This document shows positions 21,101-29,745 of a DNA stretch of 64,000 nucleotides, in pieces. The stretch's first letter is position 1. Each line of letters opens with the position of its first letter. Both the position numbers and the translations under genes were made by a program. The notes beneath the pieces were generated by a model, which saw only the letters and a program-made list of their open reading frames with translations, was not told where the DNA came from and ran no database searches. Source of the DNA: Membranihabitans marinus (GTDB lineage Bacteria > Bacteroidota > Bacteroidia > Chitinophagales > Saprospiraceae); assembly GCF_021729155.1 (NCBI RefSeq), contig NZ_JAJQYA010000002.1, forward strand, positions 191,348-255,347. The letters are read 5' to 3'.

Positions 21101-22507
21101 GCCTTCAATGCCGACTAAAGCCAAAATAGGTATGTATACCATGAGGATAATGATCTCACCGAATGCCGCAGATTTTCTGATTTTTTGCGATGCTTTGATC
21201 ACTTCCTCATTCATTTGCTGAATGGATAATCTTTGACCCCCTTTTCGCGATACAATTCTGTGAATAATGGCTTCGACGATGATTACTGAACCATCTACGA
21301 TTAAACCAAAATCGATGGCTCCCAAACTCATTAAATTGGCAGAAATGCCGAATACCCTCATCATGGATATGGCAAACATCATGGAAAGAGGGATTACAGA
21401 GGCTACGATTAGACCGGCTCGCCAGTTGCCCAATAGCAAAACGAGGATAAAAATGACGATCAGACCTCCTTCGATAAGATTCTTTTGAACAGTGCCTATA
21501 GCGGTATGAATAAGCTTGTCTCGGACCAGATAAGGTTCTATAATTACCCCTTCAGGTAGCGAGGATTGGATTTGGATTACTCTCTCCTTAATGGATTCAG
21601 TGACTTTTGCAGTATTGCTGCCCTTAAACATCATAACTTTTCCTCCCACAACTTCTTTACCATCTCTCACCAAAGCACCATATCTAGGAGCTTGACCGTA
21701 TTGCACTTTGGCTATATCTTTGACAAATACTGGAGTATTTCCTCGATTATTTACCAAAATGTTTCCGATGTCCTCCAAGGATTTGGCCAGACCTGCAGTA
21801 CGAATATAATAGGTGTTAGGGTTTTTTTCAATATAGGCCCCTCCGGTATTTTCGTTACTTTTTTCGAGGGCGGTGAAGATCTCTCCTATATTGATATTCA
21901 TGGATTTAAGAAGATTGGGATCAACAGCTACTTCATATTGTTTTAAATGCCCGCCCATGGAATTGACTTCTGCAACACCGTCAATGCCAGACAATTGTCT
22001 TTTGACAATCCAATCCTGTATGGTTCGTAATTCGCTAGTACTGTATTGATCTTCATATCCTTCTACAGGGCGGACTACATACTGATATATTTCACCTAAA
22101 CCTGTGGATATGGGAGACATTTCCGGTCTGCCAATGCTGGGGGGAATGTATTCTTCTGCTTCGTTCAATTTTTCACTGACCAATTGACGAGCTCTGTATA
22201 TATCTACATTTTCTTCAAAGACAATGGTGATTACAGATAGTCCAAATCTCGATATGGATCTAATTTCAACGATGTTTTGTAAATTTTGCAATGTGAGTTC
22301 TAATGGAGTAGTCACAAAGCGCTCAATCTCCAAAGTAGCTAATGTCGGAGAAGTGGTGATGATTTGTACCTGATTATTGGTAATATCTGGTACTGCATCT
22401 ATGGGAATTTGTCTAATGGAATAACTGCCCCAAAGAATGAGAGCCAAGACCAATAGACCAATAACAAACTTATTCTTTACTGAATAAGCAATGATTTTAT
22501 CAAACAT
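18197..22507 (-). CDS. CzcA/CusA-family heavy-metal RND pump (about 1040 aa) continued in frame into a TolC-like outer-membrane factor domain (about 390 aa). Either a fusion or a CzcA gene with an internally initiated CzcC-like gene.
   Basis: N-terminus MFDKIIAYSVKNKFV...PIDAVPDITNNQVQIITTSP is the CzcA/CusA signature. After the last RND TM (..ALPILYYYLARWQEKG) the frame continues without a stop into a signal-peptide-like NKILLRNILLPIPILFA and a TolC/CzcC-like coiled-coil-rich domain. Confidence 0.8.
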   Translation of the reverse strand: MFDKIIAYSVKNKFVIGLLVLALILWGSYSIRQIPIDAVPDITNNQVQIITTSPTLATLEIERFVTTPLELTLQNLQNIVEIRSISRFGLSVITIVFEENVDIYRARQLVSEKLNEAEEYIPPSIGRPEMSPISTGLGEIYQYVVRPVEGYEDQYSTSELRTIQDWIVKRQLSGIDGVAEVNSMGGHLKQYEVAVDPNLLKSMNINIGEIFTALEKSNENTGGAYIEKNPNTYYIRTAGLAKSLEDIGNILVNNRGNTPVFVKDIAKVQYGQAPRYGALVRDGKEVVGGKVMMFKGSNTAKVTESIKERVIQIQSSLPEGVIIEPYLVRDKLIHTAIGTVQKNLIEGGLIVIFILVLLLGNWRAGLIVASVIPLSMMFAISMMRVFGISANLMSLGAIDFGLIVDGSVIIVEAIIHRIVSRKGGQRLSIQQMNEEVIKASQKIRKSAAFGEIIILMVYIPILALVGIEGKMFKPMAQTVMLAIIGALILSLTYVPMMVAWLLNKNVQHKKNFSDRIIAYIQNLYSPLLRMAFTYKKLVLAVIIAIFGISIAVFSKMGGEFIPTLEEGDLAMQHILPPGSSLSQSIATAKMIQEKLLNEFPEIEDIVANIGSAEIPTDPMPVEIADYVLIMKDMDEWTSAKNRKEIFEKFEASLHDIPGVGYEFSQPIQLRFNELMTGTKADIAIKLYGDNLDLLYDKAKEAESIIQQLPGVSTVNVEQTIGMPQIMIEYDYSKMARYGVHVKEVNQVIRSSFAGEKAGVIYEGEKRFDLVVRLNQDNRVDIQDVQELYVPLDDGNQVPLSSLAKVSLQDAPMQISRDNTNRRIVIGVNVGDTDVETLVNNIETSLNRELNLPAGYYFSYGGQFENLKAATKRLSIALPIALGIIFILLYFTFGSVAQAGLIFTAIPLSAIGGIWALQLRDMPFSISAGIGFIALFGVAVLNGIVLIGYFNQLKNEGMKDIMDRIKHGTQVRLRPVIMTASVASLGFLPMALSTSGGAEVQRPLATVVIGGLITATFLTLIALPILYYYLARWQEKGSNKILLRNILLPIPILFASQWTQGQSITLGLDSVITLLQQNHPLMDQFNLSVDQYSSLQNMPYSLGNTQIQYEGDGLFKENGQLVNQLTVNQSLPHPQKVKAANAVNAGLFALAKTRREINIQELVLSVKLIYYEAQYQNELWDVYEDLIKVYREYLKKSEVRRSAGLTQPLEAIHIQSQLEEYQIQQRGTRLEIDYLEEQLAIWTNQNLPVHPLPAVDTITWSPSAQPSSLWTTEKTQSIDIQLHKLHQLKTSMKPDFNIGYGLQNYFDGGQLHGLQLGMTLPLMRSQQKRLIESQNIEIKKSELDVEIQSLEIANKIAKTIKEIEQYHAGFSYYKTQIETINPMVKSMSEAIYDAGEMDYLDLLKTLDLLFQKRKGYLNQRLGWQNAIAQYQYFTQYQ

Positions 22508-22573
22508 ATTTATGATGTATATTTAAACTATATAATAGGTTTAGTGATGGACATAAGTCCATTATATTATAGT

Positions 22574-22888
22574 TTAAATATTAGCTGGTGGCTGCCAGAT
22601 GGTAGTTTGGTATTCCCACTTGTATTGATTGTCGTAGTGGTATAGATAAGAATAATCAAAAATACACTTTTCTTTATCTACCTGAATTATATCGTAAAAT
22701 GTGATGAATAAGCCACAGCACTGACATATACAGAAAGGTGTACATTCATCTTCACTTTCTTTATCGGTGTCCATGGAATGGTCGTGTTGATCTAGGGTAG
22801 TCCATTGATGGTCTACAGCTGTATCGGCACATGGACTAAATCCAAAACCAAGAATAAAAAGCGATAATATGATTAGTATGTTTTTCAC
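22574..22888 (-). CDS. Small secreted Cys/His-rich protein, putative periplasmic metal-binding protein
   Basis: Signal peptide, then HQWTTLDQHDHSMD and CTPFCICQCCG clusters. Lies between a Fur-family regulator and czcA. Confidence 0.5.
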   Translation of the reverse strand: MKNILIILSLFILGFGFSPCADTAVDHQWTTLDQHDHSMDTDKESEDECTPFCICQCCGLFITFYDIIQVDKEKCIFDYSYLYHYDNQYKWEYQTTIWQPPANI

Positions 22889-22933
22889 TATATAACAAAG
22901 ATAGTTAATAGTGATTGCAAACGACTTGCAAAC

Positions 22934-23344
22934 TTACAATTGGCAGTGGGCGCAGATTCCTTTCAATACTAAGTTGGCCTGTTTTAAGGTGAAATTGGCA
23001 GGCAAGTCCAATTGGGGTACGGTATTGGCAGTCAAACAATAGGTTTCTTCACATTGAATACAATGAAAATGATAGTGTTGATCTTGCGGTCTGCACTGGC
23101 AATGTTGAAGACAGAGGGCATACTTTGTTTGGCCAGAGCCATCTTCGATCCTGTGTACTAATTTATGATCTTCGAAAGTTTTTAGAGTGCGGAAGAGGGT
23201 AGAGGTATCTGCTTTTTCAAAAGCTAATTCGAGGGATTTTAAGGATACTGCCGTATCTTGTTGGGTGAGGTATTGTAAGACCAATATCCTCATAGCTGTT
23301 GGACGAATTTTTCTTGCTTCTAGTTTTGATTCAATCTCATTCAT
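22934..23344 (-). CDS. Fur-family metalloregulator, possibly Zur-like given its zinc-efflux neighbours
   Basis: Winged-helix N-domain (IRPTAMRILVLQYL...), a C-terminal metal-site region HCQC...HYHFHC and two CxxC pairs (CIQC...CAHC). Start chosen at MNEIES; the ORF track extends upstream. Confidence 0.75.
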   Translation of the reverse strand: MNEIESKLEARKIRPTAMRILVLQYLTQQDTAVSLKSLELAFEKADTSTLFRTLKTFEDHKLVHRIEDGSGQTKYALCLQHCQCRPQDQHYHFHCIQCEETYCLTANTVPQLDLPANFTLKQANLVLKGICAHCQL

Positions 23345-23538
23345 AACTTGGTTACAGCATTTATTTTTTCTATCTTTTACCCTTGGATGCGTGTGCTTAC
23401 TGAGGTTTAATCCCTTTAATCGCACGTAGTAGGACTAAAAATGGTAAATCAGATTATATGCAATGGTAACAAATTTAATTTATTTTTAGTTGACAATTCT
23501 AATGAGGATGATTAATTTAATAAGAATAACAATATTTT

Positions 23539-25194
23539 ATGTATAGAAAATCAGCAATCAATAAAACTAAAATTCCTTTTGTTTCCATTTTATACATTCT
23601 TGTATTTTATCTGGGTATTGCCTGTAACAGCGAAGAAAGTTATATCGCACCCACTGGAGAAATCTCTGAAGATTCTTTGAGAATTTATACTAAAACCCTA
23701 GCGTCTGATGAGTTTTTGGGCCGAATGCCATTTACCCCTGGTGAAAAGATAACGGTAGATTATTTACAAAAGAAATTAACGCAATTTGGATTAGAGCCTG
23801 GGAATGGCGATCAATTTGTTCAGGAGGTACCCTTGGTGGATATCGAAGGTTTTCCTGCCAACACATTGGATATTGAATTGGAAAACGGCAATATGGATAT
23901 GGAATTGGGTTTGGATTTTGTAGCATATACCCAGCAAGAAGCAACAGAGGTGTCCCTCGATAAGAGTGAAATTATTTTTTGCGGTTATGGCATCAATGCT
24001 CCCGAGCAAGACTGGAATGACTTTGAAGGTGTAGATGTCAAGGGGAAGACGATAATTGTGTTGGTCAACGATCCAGGATTGAGTAGTAAGGATTCTACTT
24101 TTTTTAAAGGTCGTTCAATGACTTATTATGGTCGCTGGACTTATAAATATGAAGAAGCAGCTAGACAGGGTGCGGCTGGAGTGTTTATCGTTCACGAACC
24201 GACAATGGCCGGATATCCATGGTTTGTGGTTCGGAATTCATGGGCTGGCTCTCAACAAAATATTCAGAGTGAGAACAAAGGTAGCGACAAATGTGCGGTT
24301 CAGGGCTGGTTGACCTTAGAAGCTGCTCAGAAGTTATTTACCAAGGCTGGTTTGGATTTTTCAACCGTATTTAAATCTGCAGCTCAGCCCGGTTTTAAGC
24401 CAATTCCTCTAAATGCTACTGCCAGTATAGAGATCAAAAACAAATTGACATACAATACCAGTCAAAATGTAGTGGCTAAAATTTCTGGAAGTGGTCCTGA
24501 GAATATTATTTTTTCAGCGCATTGGGATCATTTTGGTGTGTCTACTCCCATCGATGGAGACAGTATCTACAATGGGGCGGTAGACAATGCTACTGGAGTG
24601 GCTGCTTTGATGGAAATAGCCAGAACTTATAAGGAAAATAATATTATGCCTAAAAGGTCGCTGGTTTTTCTATTTGTGACTGCAGAAGAGCAAGGTTTAT
24701 TGGGTTCTCAATATTATAGTGAACACCCCATCTATCCCCCAAGGACTACGATGGCCAATTTGAATTTGGACGCTATAGAACCACTGGGATTGATGAAGGA
24801 TGTGACTATGATAGGGTATGGACACTCTACTTTTGATGAAATAACAGAAGCGGAAGCCGCTTTGCAAAATAGATACATTATCCCTGATCAAGAAGCTGAA
24901 AAAGGGTACTTCTTTCGCAGTGATCATTTTAATTTTGCAAAAATTGGTATTCCCGCTCTCTATGCCAAGGGTTCCTATGAGCATCAGTCAAAAGGTGTAG
25001 AATACGCTAAATCGGTAATGGATCAATATACGGCTCAACACTATCATCAACCTTCAGACGAATATAGAGAGGACATGGATTTCTCTGGCATTCAACAAGA
25101 TGGTCAGTTGTATTACAATATTGGATGGCGAATTGCTACAGGAGAGATTACACCAGAATGGAAACCCATTTCTGAATTTGCCGCATATCGATAG
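23539..25194 (+). CDS. M28-family zinc aminopeptidase with a PA domain, secreted
   Basis: HWDHFG, DNATGVAALMEIAR and FVTAEEQGLLGS motifs of the M28 zinc ligands. N-terminal signal or lipoprotein sequence. Confidence 0.8.
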   Translation: MYRKSAINKTKIPFVSILYILVFYLGIACNSEESYIAPTGEISEDSLRIYTKTLASDEFLGRMPFTPGEKITVDYLQKKLTQFGLEPGNGDQFVQEVPLVDIEGFPANTLDIELENGNMDMELGLDFVAYTQQEATEVSLDKSEIIFCGYGINAPEQDWNDFEGVDVKGKTIIVLVNDPGLSSKDSTFFKGRSMTYYGRWTYKYEEAARQGAAGVFIVHEPTMAGYPWFVVRNSWAGSQQNIQSENKGSDKCAVQGWLTLEAAQKLFTKAGLDFSTVFKSAAQPGFKPIPLNATASIEIKNKLTYNTSQNVVAKISGSGPENIIFSAHWDHFGVSTPIDGDSIYNGAVDNATGVAALMEIARTYKENNIMPKRSLVFLFVTAEEQGLLGSQYYSEHPIYPPRTTMANLNLDAIEPLGLMKDVTMIGYGHSTFDEITEAEAALQNRYIIPDQEAEKGYFFRSDHFNFAKIGIPALYAKGSYEHQSKGVEYAKSVMDQYTAQHYHQPSDEYREDMDFSGIQQDGQLYYNIGWRIATGEITPEWKPISEFAAYR

Positions 25195-25517
25195 AATAGA
25201 AGGCGTTTTGGGGTTATGTGTATATTTAATTTGGTTGTGTGATAATCGTAAAGTCCAATGAAAATTAATTGAAAATTTTTTATTCATTTTTTATAGTGGA
25301 TTTATTGAGTCGTATTTAATGACAGGAATGTAAGCTGCTATTGGTTGAAAATGAGGGAGTAATGTTTTGTAGTGTATGTTTTTATAGGGCAGTATTTATT
25401 TATGGTTTTCTGTGATAAAAAGTAGTCTTTTGAGATTGACAATGATATTTGGTTTTATATATCAAGAATTTTATTATTTTTGGAAACATTATTCTCATAA
25501 AAATTTAAATTTGTAAA

Positions 25518-26414
25518 ATGTCTAAATCACAGTCAAAACAAATGAATAGACGCGCATTTAATCAAGCGCTTGCACTTACTGCTTCGGGTGCAATGTTGAG
25601 TCCTCATTCTCTGTTAAATTCTTCTATGATGAAGAAGGGTAAAAATATGAAACTGGGTTTGGTGACCTATTTATGGGGTAAAGATTGGGATCTAGAAACA
25701 TTGATTACCAACTGTGAAAAGTCCAAATTGTATGGGGTGGAGTTGCGGATAGAACACGCTCATAATGTTCACCTAGGAATGTCGGCTCAAGCGCGACAGG
25801 AAGTCAAGATGAGGTTTGCAGACACTAAGGTACAGTGTTTGGGCATGGGGACGAATCAAGATTACCATCACACAGATGCACAAAAATTAAGAGATTCTAT
25901 TGAGCAGACCAAAGAGTATATCAAATTGAGTCACGACATAGGTGGAACCGGTGTAAAGGTTAAACCGAATGCCTTTCCTAAGGGAGTATCGAAGCAAAAA
26001 ACATTGGAGCAGATCGGACGTTCGCTCAATGAGGTTGCCAAATACGCCGCCGATTATGGACAGCAGATTCGAGTAGAAGTTCACGGAAGAGGGACTCAGG
26101 AGTTACCGCATATGAAAACCATATTTGATGTGGCAGATCATCCAAATGCTACGGTTTGTTGGAATTCAAATGATGAGGATCTTATCGGTGGTGGATTGGA
26201 GTACAATTTCAATTTAGTAAAAGATCGGTTTGGAGATACGGTTCACATAAGAGAAATGAACGAAGGAGATTATCCTTATCCTCAATTGATGAAACTATTT
26301 AAAGAGATGGATTACAATGGATGGATATTGTTAGAGTGTCGTACTAAACCAGCCGATACTGTGGAGGCAATGAAGGAACAACGAAAAATATTTAAGAAAT
26401 TAATTAAAGGTTGA
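25518..26414 (+). CDS. Xylose-isomerase-like TIM-barrel (sugar phosphate isomerase/epimerase) protein with a TAT signal
   Basis: N-terminal NRRAFNQALALTASGAMLS twin-arginine-like signal. AP-endonuclease-2/xylose-isomerase-like fold signature. Confidence 0.65.
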   Translation: MSKSQSKQMNRRAFNQALALTASGAMLSPHSLLNSSMMKKGKNMKLGLVTYLWGKDWDLETLITNCEKSKLYGVELRIEHAHNVHLGMSAQARQEVKMRFADTKVQCLGMGTNQDYHHTDAQKLRDSIEQTKEYIKLSHDIGGTGVKVKPNAFPKGVSKQKTLEQIGRSLNEVAKYAADYGQQIRVEVHGRGTQELPHMKTIFDVADHPNATVCWNSNDEDLIGGGLEYNFNLVKDRFGDTVHIREMNEGDYPYPQLMKLFKEMDYNGWILLECRTKPADTVEAMKEQRKIFKKLIKG

Positions 26415-26431
26415 TCATTAAATTTCAATAT

Positions 26432-26469
26432 ATAGAATAGGTGAGGCCGACTTAATGAAGTCGGCCTCT
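26432..26469 (+). terminator. Rho-independent terminator
   Basis: Perfect 9-bp stem GAGGCCGAC-ttaatgaa-GTCGGCCTC, followed by TTTTTATTTTT. Confidence 0.8.
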
Positions 26470-26538
26470 TTTTATTTTTATCCCTAATGCACTGCGTACA
26501 ATACTTATAAAAGTATTATGGAAATTCCTTATAAATTC

Positions 26539-27567
26539 TTATAAAGTCAATAATTTTTGTTCTTTCGAAGATTGATAAATGGCTTGAATGACGGCCAAAG
26601 GAGCTCTTCCATCAACTCCTGATATTAGAGGCTCATGATGGTTGATAATGCTGTCTACGAAATCTTCCAATTGTATCTTGTGGTAGAGATAGCTGATGCT
26701 CATTGGATCAGAAGCTCCTGAACCAGTATGGTTTGATTTGTTAGATGTCGTTTCTTGTTTCTTGGAATGAAATGAAACGATTTGTCCACCTTCCAAGATT
26801 ATACTTCCATCGGTTCCATATACTTCTAATCTTTCAGGGTAGCCAGGGTACATGGCTGTACTACCTTGAATGGTAGCTGTGCGTCCATTTTTAAAATTGA
26901 GGATGGCCATACCGAGATCCTCTCCTTCGATATCGTGATACACTGTTTTCACTTGTCCGTAAACATTTTCTACTTCCCCCATTACATCGAGCAACAAATC
27001 GATGGTATGGATACCTTGGTTGATCAAAGCTGCACCACCGTCGCCTTTTAATGTTCCTCTCCAACTACTGGATTGATAATAATCTTCATTTCTATACCAG
27101 TTGATATAGGCATTGCCATGGAGTATGTCACCTAAAAGACCTTGGTCGATGGCTTCTTTTAATCGAATATAATCCGGTTTGAACCGACTTTGGAAAATAC
27201 AGCCCAATAAGACATTGTTTTTCGAGCATGCTTCTATCATTGCATCTGCCCTTTCGAGAGAAACTTCCAATGGTTTTTCTGTGATCACGTGAATTCCTCG
27301 TTTAGCCGCTTCTACACATGATTCGAGGTGGTTGCCACTATAGGTACAGATGGAAATGGCATCGATCGTCTCGCTATCAAACAATGTGGTGATATCGTAG
27401 TAGCAAGGATAAGGATATATTTTTTCAGTTTCTAAGGCCCGTTCTTTGGAAGAGCTACACAGAGCGACCACTTCAGCATTCTCGATTTCTTCGATCGACT
27501 GAATGTGGAGTTTGGTAATGGATCCTGTACCTATGATAGCAAATTTAATTTTAGGAGACGTTGACAT
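26539..27567 (-). CDS. Gfo/Idh/MocA-family NAD(P)-dependent oxidoreductase, cytoplasmic
   Basis: N-terminal KFAIIGTGSI Rossmann motif and EKP motif. 342 aa. Confidence 0.8.
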   Translation of the reverse strand: MSTSPKIKFAIIGTGSITKLHIQSIEEIENAEVVALCSSSKERALETEKIYPYPCYYDITTLFDSETIDAISICTYSGNHLESCVEAAKRGIHVITEKPLEVSLERADAMIEACSKNNVLLGCIFQSRFKPDYIRLKEAIDQGLLGDILHGNAYINWYRNEDYYQSSSWRGTLKGDGGAALINQGIHTIDLLLDVMGEVENVYGQVKTVYHDIEGEDLGMAILNFKNGRTATIQGSTAMYPGYPERLEVYGTDGSIILEGGQIVSFHSKKQETTSNKSNHTGSGASDPMSISYLYHKIQLEDFVDSIINHHEPLISGVDGRAPLAVIQAIYQSSKEQKLLTL

Positions 27568-28276
27568 TTTATTGGTTTAGAGGTTTAAAGACTATGATAT
27601 TCGAATGCTCAGTAACGACTAATTGTAAATTCTTGACCATGCGATATCAAATTGCAAAATAGAGCGATTTTTAGAAAGTTCCTACTCCGAAAATCTAAAA
27701 GTATTTATAAATATATATTTTTATTAATTTAAACCATGAAATAGCAAGGATATATGGACAATTTTCAATAATTCCGCTAAATTGTGTTAAACAAGGTTAA
27801 AATAATAGCAGTCTAAACCGTGAGATTTTATTATTTTTAAGTTTTTGAAAGCGCTTTCAGCCTTATTAGTGAGTGAAAAATAAGTAAAACACAGAATGTG
27901 TAATTAATGGTAAATTGGAATCGGTCAGTTGGTAATATTTTATGGATGACTTGGCGTTGTCTGCTAGATGAAACAGCAGATATCTTGAATGTTAAGGCTT
28001 TAAACATAAAAGGATTCAAGTCTTTATTCATAAAGAAATTGACCATAATCAATGGTTCTACTACCGTAATAGCTATTTCATGGTTTAAGAAATGCTGTAA
28101 TGAGGGTAGGCTTAGAAAATCTAGATACCCTTTATTCCCAATGTCATTTATATCTTTTATTCTACATTATTTTAGTCCGAGACTAGTGGTGAGAGGGAAT
28201 TTTCAAGCATTTCAAGAAAACGGTCAAGATGTTTTGGCAGGAGGTACAATTATAAATATTAACTAAATACAATAAA

Positions 28277-29353
28277 ATGATAAAGCGTTTGTTTTTTTCA
28301 ATCGGTCTTGCCTGTATGGCTGGAATGGTATTTTCATGCGGTTCGAATGGAGACCAAAAATCTGAGGAAGGTTCTATGAGTGATACAATGACAAAGGATG
28401 AAGTAAAATTAGTGGCCAATGAAGCTGAAAAGAAGGTAGAGGTATATATGGGGGACGACTTGTTTACGGCGTATATATATCCAGATAACATAGCCAAGCC
28501 AGTTCTTTATCCCATAGTGACGGCCAGTGGAAAGAGTCTAACACGGGGATTTCCATTGGATCCTATGCCGGGGGAGAGAGTTGATCACCCTCACCACGTA
28601 GGTATTTGGTTAAATTATGGAGATGTTAATGGATTGGATTTTTGGAATAATTCAGAGGCAATTTCTGCCGAGAAGAAAAGTGAATATGGAACCATCTATC
28701 ACAAAGGGATAAAAAAGATGGAGGGCAATACCTTAGTGGTAGAAGCCGAATGGAAGGATATCAATGGCCAAGTCTTGTTAAGTGAAGAGACTACTTACAA
28801 GTTTGACAGTGAAGGAGATAGCAGAAATATTTATCGAGAGACAAAATTGACTGCACAGGATAAAAAAGTAGATTTTACGGATAATAAAGAGGGGATGTTG
28901 GGTATTCGTGTAACCAGAGCCATGGAGTTGCCTTCCGATAAGCCAGCTGTATTTACCGATGCTGCAGGTAATCCTACCGAGGTTAAAGAATTGAACAACG
29001 ATGGAGTCAATGGAAATTATCTTTCAAGTGAAGGTATTGAAGGTGACGATGTTTGGGGGACGAGAGGTAAATGGATGGAGTTGTACAGTAATATCGACGG
29101 TGATCCTGTATCGATTACCGTAATGGACCACCCTACCAATGTAGGTTATCCAACATACTGGCACGCCAGAGGATATGGTTTGTTTGCGGCCAATCCATTG
29201 GGGCAAAAAGCAATGTCTGGTGGCAAGGAGGAGTTGAATTATTCTCTTGATCCAGGTCAATCAGTGACATTTAGATACAATATTTTGGTTCATTCCAATT
29301 CTGCATTAAGTGCCGACCAAATCAATGCAAAATACGCTGAGTTTGTAAAGTAA
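28277..29353 (+). CDS. Secreted lipoprotein of a conserved family, possibly the PmoA-like family (Pfam PF14100)
   Basis: Lipobox LACMAGMVFSCGS. Conserved blocks GERVDHPHHVGIWLNYGDVNGLDFWN and MDHPTNVGYPTYWHARGYGLFAANP. The family assignment is from memory and uncertain. Confidence 0.35.
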   Translation: MIKRLFFSIGLACMAGMVFSCGSNGDQKSEEGSMSDTMTKDEVKLVANEAEKKVEVYMGDDLFTAYIYPDNIAKPVLYPIVTASGKSLTRGFPLDPMPGERVDHPHHVGIWLNYGDVNGLDFWNNSEAISAEKKSEYGTIYHKGIKKMEGNTLVVEAEWKDINGQVLLSEETTYKFDSEGDSRNIYRETKLTAQDKKVDFTDNKEGMLGIRVTRAMELPSDKPAVFTDAAGNPTEVKELNNDGVNGNYLSSEGIEGDDVWGTRGKWMELYSNIDGDPVSITVMDHPTNVGYPTYWHARGYGLFAANPLGQKAMSGGKEELNYSLDPGQSVTFRYNILVHSNSALSADQINAKYAEFVK

Positions 29354-29374
29354 TTTAGCAGAGATTATTATTTT

Positions 29375-29422
29375 ACAAAAAAGACCAATTATTGAATACA
29401 TTCAATAATTGGTCTTTTTTGT
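29375..29422. terminator. Bidirectional rho-independent terminator between convergent genes
   Basis: Perfect long palindrome AAAAAAGACCAATTATTGAAT-aca-TTCAATAATTGGTCTTTTTTG, with an A-run upstream and a T-run downstream. Confidence 0.75.
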
Positions 29423-29559
29423 TTAGCCAAGAGGATTTCGATTAGCCATTATTCAAAGACGATAGGGAATAATGAAAAGGATATTGTCCAATGGTTTTGT
29501 CACACTGTTTGCCCCAAAAATCAATTATTAAAAATTCATTTGGTATAATACGAATTCCA

Positions 29560-29745
29560 TTACCCATTACCCATTAATCATTAATAATTAACCGTTAACC
29601 ATTAACCATTAATCATTGATAATTAACCATTGATAATTAACCATTGATAATTGACCATTGATAATTGACCATTGATAATTAACCATTAACCATTAACCAT
29701 TAATAATTAACCATTAATAATTGACCATTCTCCATTCTCGGATTA
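29560..29745. repeat. Heptad/14-mer microsatellite, (CCATTAA)n with variants CCATTAC, TCATTAA, CCATTGATAATTAA and CCATTGATAATTGA
   Basis: Read directly. About 25 heptad units lie between the terminator and the sulfatase 3' end. The reverse-complement motif ATGGTTAAT recurs at 48935-48980, 49325-49360 and 49835-49870. Confidence 0.8.

Noticed and set aside
27907-28266. 119-aa ORF in the intergenic region between the oxidoreductase and the PmoA-like gene
   Set aside because: It sits in an AT-rich divergent promoter region. There is no signal peptide, domain or conserved motif, and codon usage is unlike that of neighbouring genes.
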